Assembly: GCA_964016885.1 (NCBI GenBank)
Contig: OZ024760.1
Coordinates: forward strand, 31,434,001-31,498,000
Origin: Eledone cirrhosa
Lineage: Eukaryota
DNA length: 64,000 nucleotides
Direction: 5' to 3'
Shown: in pieces, positions 57,195 to 64,000 of the stretch
Layout: each line of letters begins with the position of its first letter
Position numbering within the stretch: position 1 is the first letter of the stretch
The notes under the pieces: model-generated
Seen by the model: the letters and a program-made list of their open reading frames with translations, nothing else
The model's database searches: none
Told to the model about the DNA's origin: nothing
Made by a program: the position numbers and the translations under genes

Positions 57195-57263
57195 CTGTTT
57201 TACAGTTGATTTAATGAATTCTTTCCTTTGGGTGAGATCGAAATCAGGATATTTGGCATATAC
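57195..57263 (-). CDS. DEK: DEK exon (DEK-C domain)
   Basis: ttacag|GTA..CAG|gttatt; VYAKYPDFDLTQRKEFIKSTVKQ. Confidence 0.92.
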
Positions 57264-57321
57264 CTGTAAGAAAGAAATACCAGAAAAATATATACATGTT
57301 GTATATATATATCCATATTTA

Positions 57322-57830
57322 CATCATTATCATTCTACGTCCGCTTTTCCTTGCTTGCAAGGGTGGCACAGGTCCTCTCCACTTGTCACGGTCCTTCGTC
57401 ATCTCCACCGTGAGCCTCAGTGATCTGAGGTCTGTTCTCACCATCTCCGCCCATGTTTTTCGTGGTCTTCCTTCCACTGGGATTACTTGGTACTTCTTTA
57501 CCCATCAGTCATCTTCCATGTGCATCACATGTCCATACCATCTCACTCCCACACACTACAGTTTATCCCTCTTATACAGTTTCTCTCTCAATTCATCCAT
57601 GCTTCGTCGTTTATGCACATTGACATTACACATCCAACGGAGCATGCTTGCTTCATTTCTCTCTAGCCTCTGCATATCTTCAGCAATTGTAGCCCATGTC
57701 TCACTACCATGCAGCATCACACAATCGAGCTTTAGCTCGTAGAGATAAACCCTTCGTTGTCAATAGGTATATATATTATAAAGAGTCAGGGCCCCGACGG
57801 CTGAGCGTATGTTTCAACAACTAGTTTCAT
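57322..57830 (-). mobile_element. Second copy of the chimeric head plus RTE 3' unit
   Basis: Homologous to 27536-28110, including the junction CCCTTCGTTGTCAATAGGTATA..AAGAGTCAGGGCCC. Confidence 0.7.
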
Positions 57831-58225
57831 CTACGGCATCTTGTATATTTATATCTACATCGTTGTTTTAATGTCTGCACACTGCCAGAAAGGGTTGGAC
57901 AGGCCAGGGATCTGCCGTCTCACTTATGTACTATCTCATACTCCATGGAGCGCTCAGGAGAGATTGTCAGGTCCTTGACACGACTAAAGGGTCCTCTCGA
58001 CCCTTATTTAGGCAAAATTTCCATGGCTGGATGCCCATCCTATCACCAACCAATTTACAACATGTACTGGGTGTGTTTATTGTGAATCTCACCATCACTA
58101 AGGAGGTTGTCATGTCAACTGAAGGATCTCCATAACTACAGCTAAATATTCTTCCAGTTCACCCATTTTCCACGACTCTACTCAATAACAAGTATCATAT
58201 ACCAAAAACAATGCCAACAACATAC

Positions 58226-58309
58226 CTGCTTTATAACCGTTTTCATGGTCACTTCCTCTAGGTTGGCACCTTCCAGAATTTTCTTCACGTCTTCATGTAA
58301 TTCCTCGTC
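58226..58309 (-). CDS. DEK: DEK exon (DEK-C domain start)
   Basis: aatag|GAC..CAG|gtatgt; DEELHEDVKKILEGANLEEVTMKTVIKQ, like DEK DEELKETIKKLLASANLEEVTMK. Confidence 0.93.
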
Positions 58310-59074
58310 CTATTATATATGGAATATAAATCAATATATATATATATATTATTTATAGTATAAAGATCCCATAACTCCTTGTGGAGTGGTAGAGGCCCCA
58401 TCATACGGTGTGTCTAGGGCACTTTAAAATCCGGCGGAGCTCAACCCTCTCCAGGTCTGAACACAGCCAGACTTTTTCTAGAGGAAGAATCGTCCCCCCA
58501 GTACTGGACTGGTACTTTCTTTTTTATCGACCTCGAAAGGATAAAAAGGCAGAGTTGGCCATGGCGGGATTTGAACTCTGAACATGCAATGAGGTGGGAC
58601 AGATACTGTAAAGATTCTATCTGACTATATATCATCATCATCATCAACACCCATCTTCCACGCTAGCATGGGTTAGACGGGTACCATTTAGAGGCAAGTT
58701 GGGCCAGGTGACCGTGTCTCGTTCATATAGGGGTGTTTCTGGCTGGTTTTCTACGGCCGAATGCCCTCCCTAACACCAACTACACATATATATATATATC
58801 ACAACAATCTTTAAATCAATAGTCATGTATGTAGATGGCTGAAGATGTGGTTCTTTACTGAGTGTAAACCAGAACAATTCTAGTCTTTTGTCTACAAATA
58901 CCATTCACCAATAATAATATTATCGGTTTTTGATTTAGACACAAGGCCTGCAATTTTAGGGGAGGGGAAAGTTGATTAAATCAACTCCGTAAGGACGAAA
59001 GGCAAAGCTAACTTTGGCGAGATCTGAACTCGGAATACAAAGGGATCTAACTACATGCTGCAAAGTATGTTTAA

Positions 59075-61003
59075 CCCTTTAACATTTACATTACTCTATA
59101 TATACTATTGTATTTTCACAGTAAAGTCTTTACCTCACATAATATTTACATTACTCTATATATACTATTGTATTTTCACAGTAAAGGCTTTACCACACAT
59201 AATACCTCACATAACATTTACATTACTCTATATATACCATTGTATTTTCACAGTAAAGGCTTTACCTCACATAACATTTACATTACTCTATATATACTAT
59301 TGTATTTTCACAGTAAAGTCTTTACCTCACATAACATTTACATTACTCTATATACTATTGCATTTTCACAGTAAAGTCTTTACCTCACATAATATTTACA
59401 TTACTCTATATATACTATTGTATTTTCACAGTAAAGGCTTTACCACACATAATACCTCACATAACATTTACATTACTCTATATATACCATTGTATTTTCA
59501 CAGTAAAGGCTTTACCTCACATAACATTTACATTACTCTATATATACTATTGTATTTTCACAGTAAAGTCTTTACCTCACATAACATTTACATTACTCTA
59601 TATACTATTGTATTTTCACAGTAAAGTCTTTACCTCACAAAACATTTACATTACTCTATATATACTATTGTATTTTCACAGTAAAGGCTTTACCTCACAA
59701 AACATTTACATTACTCTATATATACTATTGTATTTTCACAGTAAAGGCTTTACCTCACAAAACATTTACATTACTCTATATATACTATTGTATTTTCACA
59801 GTAAAGGCTTTACCTCACAAAACATTTACATTACTCTATATATACTATTGTATTTTCACAGTAAAGGCTTTACCTCACATAACATTTACATTACTCTATA
59901 TACTATTGTATTTTCACAGTAAAGGCTTTACCTCACAAAACATTTACATTACTCTATATATACTATTGTATTTTCACAGTAAAGTCTTTACCTCACAAAA
60001 CATTTACATTACTCTATATATACTATTGTATTTTCACAGTAAAGGCTTTACCTCACATAACATTTACATTACTCTATATACTATTGCATTTTCATAGTAA
60101 AGGCTTTACCTCACATAACATTTACATTACTATATATATACTATTGTATTTTCATAGTAAAGGCTTTACCTCACATAACATTTACATTACTATATATATA
60201 CTATTGTATTTTCATAGTAAAGGCTTTACCTCACATAACATTTACATTACTATATATATACTATTGTATTTTCATAGTAAAGGCTTTACCTCACATAACA
60301 TTTACATTACTATATATATACTATTGTATTTTCATAGTAAAGGCTTTACTTCACATAATATCTCACATAACATTTACATTACTCTATATATACTATTGTA
60401 TTTTCACAGTAAAGGCTTTACCTCACATAATATTTACATTACTCTAGATATACTTTCACAGTAAAGGCTTTACCTCATAACATTTACATTACTCTATATA
60501 CTATTGTATTTTTACAGTAAAGGCTTTACCTCACATAACATTTACATTACTCTATATATACTATTGTATTTTCATAGTAAAGGCTTTACCTCACATAACA
60601 TTTACATTACTCTATATACTATTGCATTTTCACAGTAAAGGCTTTACTTCACATAATATCTCACATAACATTTACATTACTCTATATATACTATTGTATT
60701 TTCATAGTAAAGGCTTTACTTCACATAATATCTCACATAACATTTACATTACTCTATATATACTATTGTATTTTCACAGTAAAGGCTTTACCTCACATTA
60801 TATCTCACATAACATTTACATTACTCTATATATACTATTGTATTTTCATAGTAAAGGCTTTACTTCACATAATATTGAATCTATGAGATTTTTATATTTA
60901 TTTTAGGAACAATGTATTTACATCAGTATGAGTGGCCAGTTACAGCCAGTTTGAATAGATGAGAGAATTCTGGCCAGATATGGCTGGTTTAAATGCCAAA
61001 GGG
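59075..61003. mobile_element. piggyBac-type MITE with an internal 58-60 bp tandem array (about 59080-60870)
   Basis: TTAA|CCCTTTAACATTTA..TAAATGCCAAAGGG; about 28-30 units of ACATTTACATTACTCTATATATACTATTGTATTTTCACAGTAAAGGCTTTACCTCACATA. Confidence 0.8.
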
Positions 61004-61017
61004 TTGGAAACACTTAC

Positions 61018-61085
61018 AGATGGAGGTGATTTCTTCTTCTTGATAATCGGTTCATCATCAGAACTATCAGAGGAAACATCAGAAA
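61018..61085 (-). CDS. DEK: DEK exon (SDSSDDEPII..PPS)
   Basis: tttcag|TT..TCT|gtaagt, phase 1/0; DDEPII resembles the DEK DDEPLI motif. Confidence 0.88.
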
Positions 61086-61184
61086 CTGAAACGAAAGAAA
61101 AAGAAATATAATATTGTAATGTTAGAAATGAAAAATAGGGGATTGAGTTGAACACCCTAACCACTAAGCCACACACATATTTAA

Positions 61185-61417
61185 CCCTTTAGCATTTATA
61201 CTACTCTATATAAACTATTGTATTTTCACATTACATTATTCTATATATACTATTGTATTTTCCCAGTAAAGGCTTTACCTCACACATGGAATCTATGAGA
61301 CTTTGATGTTATTTATTTTGAGAACAACACCCTAACATCAGTATGAGTAGCCAGCTACAGCTTGTTTGAACAGAAAGAGGTGAGAGAATTGTAGCCAGAT
61401 ATGGCCAGTTTAAAGGG
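61185..61417. mobile_element. Unexpanded copy of the same piggyBac-type MITE
   Basis: TTAA|CCCTTTAGCATTTA..AAAGGG|TTAA; about 1.5 internal units and the same 3' portion as 60877-61003. Confidence 0.8.
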
Positions 61418-61782
61418 TTAATGGGAAATAGGGGAGTGTGGGTTCAAAACCCTAACCACACACATATTTAATAGGAGTCAATTCCCCCTCTACACACCTT
61501 TGTCTTCCCTTCTCTGTAAGAAATCAACTGTGTTAAACCTGGAGAGATGAGCTCCGCCAGGTTTTAACATGTCCAAGAAAGCCCCATATGTTGCCATAGT
61601 TACAACGTCAGGTTTCTGATTTAACCACGAGGCCAGCAATTTTAGGAGGGAAAAGAAAGTTGATGAAATTGGCCCCAGTGCATTACTGGTACTTTATATT
61701 TTTATCGACCCCTGTAAGGATGAAAGGCATAGTTAACCTCGGTGGGATTTCAACCTGGAATGTAAAGGGCCGCAACTCTAAC

Positions 61783-61891
61783 CTTTTCGTTTCTTGGCAA
61801 CCACTTTCTTTTTAGGGGTTTCCTTCTTCTCCTTCTTCTTGTCTTTCGATGATTTCTTCTCTGGCTTAGATTTCTTCTTTTTCTTCACTTC
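61783..61891 (-). CDS. DEK: DEK exon (Lys-rich)
   Basis: tgtcag|GAA..G|gttaga, phase 0/1; EVKKKKKSKPEKK..AKKRK. Confidence 0.85.
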
Positions 61892-62201
61892 CTGACAAAC
61901 AAGAACGGTGGGTACATTAGTGTGGTGGGGGTAGAAAGTGGGTACATTAGTGTGGTGGGGGTAGGTATTAATAGGGGTGTCTATTAGGATATATAGGGGG
62001 TAAAGTGGGTAGTTTAGGGCATGTGGGGGGGATTTTGGGACACCCTGAGATGAAAAACAAAACATGTCAAAAGAGGAACTTCACAGTCATGTGAGTGTGT
62101 GTATATATGTGAGTGTGCCTGTATGTATATGTGTGCGTGTGCCTGTATGTATATGTGTGCGTGTCTGTCTGTATGTATATATGTGTGTGCCTGTACATAT
62201 A

Positions 62202-62843
62202 CAGGGTGGGGACGATATTTGTTCGTAATTTTCAACTGCTAAAGACATGCCCAGAGTCATGCAGACAAAGATTCCAGCGACAACATTGGTCTTAGGTGTC
62301 GTCATGCCACCTCACTTCTCCCCGAGAGCCTCAAGCTGAACACCGATGGCTACATCCGCGTTCTGAGCGAGTTAGTAAAGCCCTGGATCGACCTGCTAGC
62401 TGCAGGTAGGCCGTACGTGTGGCAGCAAGACTCAGCGGCTTGCCATACCAGCCGAAAGACCCAAGCCTGGCTGTCAGAGAACTTCGTCGACCACATTTCA
62501 CCTGACATCTGGCCTCCCAGCTCGCCTGACTGCAACCCCCTCGACTTTTTTGTGTGGGGCGCAGTGGAACGAGACACCAACAGATCTAGCTGCAATACGA
62601 AAGACATTTGAAGGCCAGGATCACGAGTGCCTTTAGGGGCCTAAGTCGGGGGACAGTGATGAAGGCCTGTAGCCGGTTCCGAGGCAGTCATCAAAGCCAA
62701 TGGCAGATTTATCGAGTGAGATCGAAAGAACAAGTCATGAAGTCAAACTGATCCAAGTTTCATAAATATATCTTAAAAAATAAAACTACTGTGTTATATT
62801 TTCCTAGACAGTAATCTTGCAAACAAATATCGTCCACACCCTG
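62202..62843 (+). mobile_element. Internally deleted Tc1/mariner element of DD37D (maT) type with TA TSD
   Basis: TA|CAGGGTGGGGACGATATTTGTT..AACAAATATCGTCCACACCCTG|TA. QQD-x37-D spacing (WPPSSPDCNPLD). Confidence 0.88.
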
Positions 62844-62913
62844 TATATATATGTGTGTGTGTGTGTCTATATATACATATATATGTGTGTATGTATAGAA
62901 GCAGTAAACCTAC

Positions 62914-63101
62914 CTTCACCTCCTCTTCACTTTCTTCAGACTCTTCACTCTCCTCCTCCTCTTCAGACTCCTCTTCCTTCTCCGCCTCATCATCTGAGTC
63001 AGAGGAATCTGATGACACCACCTTCTTCTTCTGTGAACTTGAAGACTTCTTCTTCTTCTTGTTCTTACTGCCTTTAGACTTGGTCTCACCTCCAGACTTC
63101 C
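62914..63101 (-). CDS. DEK: DEK exon (Lys/Ser/acidic region); upstream exons lie outside the window
   Basis: cttcag|GG..AAG|gtaggt, phase 1/0; KSGGETKSKGSKNKKKKK..SDSDDEAEKEEESEEE. Confidence 0.82.
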
Positions 63102-63127
63102 CTGAAGTTGACAAAGTTAGACCAACT

Positions 63128-63330
63128 CACAACTACTACTATGGCTACTACCATCACCACTACAACAACAACTACTACTACTATGGCTACCACCACCACT
63201 ACAACAACTACCACCACTACTACTATGGCTACCACCACCACAACTATTATGGCTACTACCACCACTATTACTATGGTGACTACAACAACTACTACCAACA
63301 CTACAGCAACTACTACTACTACTACTACAA
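63128..63330. repeat. (ACT/ACC/ACA)n trinucleotide repeat
   Basis: Direct inspection. Confidence 0.9.
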
Positions 63331-63399
63331 AGTAAATGTAAACAATAACAAATTGCAAGATAGCTTACTAAACCTCCTTGAGATTGTATTTGAATATGA

Positions 63400-64000
63400 C
63401 CACTTTACAGACTTGGTGTCACCAACATTACCACTTTACAGAGCGGACTGGGTGTCAGCAACACTACTACTTTACAGAGTGGACTGGGTGTCAGCAACAC
63501 TACTACTTTACAGACTTGGTGTCACCAACACTACCACTTTACAGAGCGGACTGGGTGTCACCAACACTACTACTTTACAGAGCGGACTTGGTGTCACCAA
63601 CACTACCACTTTACAGAGTGGACTGGGTGTCACCAACACTACCACGTTACAGAGTGGACTTGGTGTCACCAACACTACCACGTTACAGAGTGGACTTGGT
63701 GTCACCAACACTACCACGTTACAGAGTGGACTTGGTGTCACCAACACTACCACGTTACAGAGTGGACTTGGTGTCACCAACACTACCACGTTACAGAGTG
63801 GACTTGGTGTCACCAACATTACCACTTTACAGAGCGGACTGGGTGTCACCAACACTACCACTTTACAGAGCGGACTGGGTGTCAGCAACACTACTACTTT
63901 ACAGAGTGGACTGGGTGTCAGCAACACTACTACTTTACAGACTTGGTGTCACCAACACTACCACTTTACAGAGCGGACTGGGTGTCACCAACACTACCAC
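63400..64000. repeat. 39-bp minisatellite running off the window end
   Basis: CACTTTACAGAGTGGACTTGGTGTCACCAACACTAC tandem copies. Confidence 0.95.

Noticed and set aside
63086-63358. Poly-Val / poly-Thr (mucin-like) ORFs
   Set aside because: Trinucleotide repeat in a DEK intron with no supporting splice sites

Overview
AT-rich, repeat-dense animal DNA. The SINE/RTE/(TA)n landscape suggests a mollusc, probably an octopus-like cephalopod (inference). It holds two convergent intron-containing genes whose exons I spliced by hand with consistent GT-AG phases. On + is the 3' part of a TRANK1-like gene (UvrD-type helicase C-terminus, TPRs, IQ-like motif, zinc finger; 7 exons, 2063-43702). On - is the 3' part of DEK (6 exons, 63101-53439). 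Introns and intergenic DNA contain RTE, R4/Dong-like, Tx1 and Penelope-like (PLE) retroelements, two tRNA-derived SINE families, hAT, piggyBac, DD37D Tc1/mariner and Helitron relics, satellites and very long (TA)n tracts. The strongest unannotated signal is a set of about 15 hammerhead ribozyme (HHR) motifs in PLE-type repeats. These include a non-coding 524-nt partial-tandem retrozyme-like unit whose 5' end maps next to its own predicted cleavage site, and two unrelated families with a non-canonical CAGAAGA core (U4A). All HHR folds were worked out by eye and none has been tested for activity.
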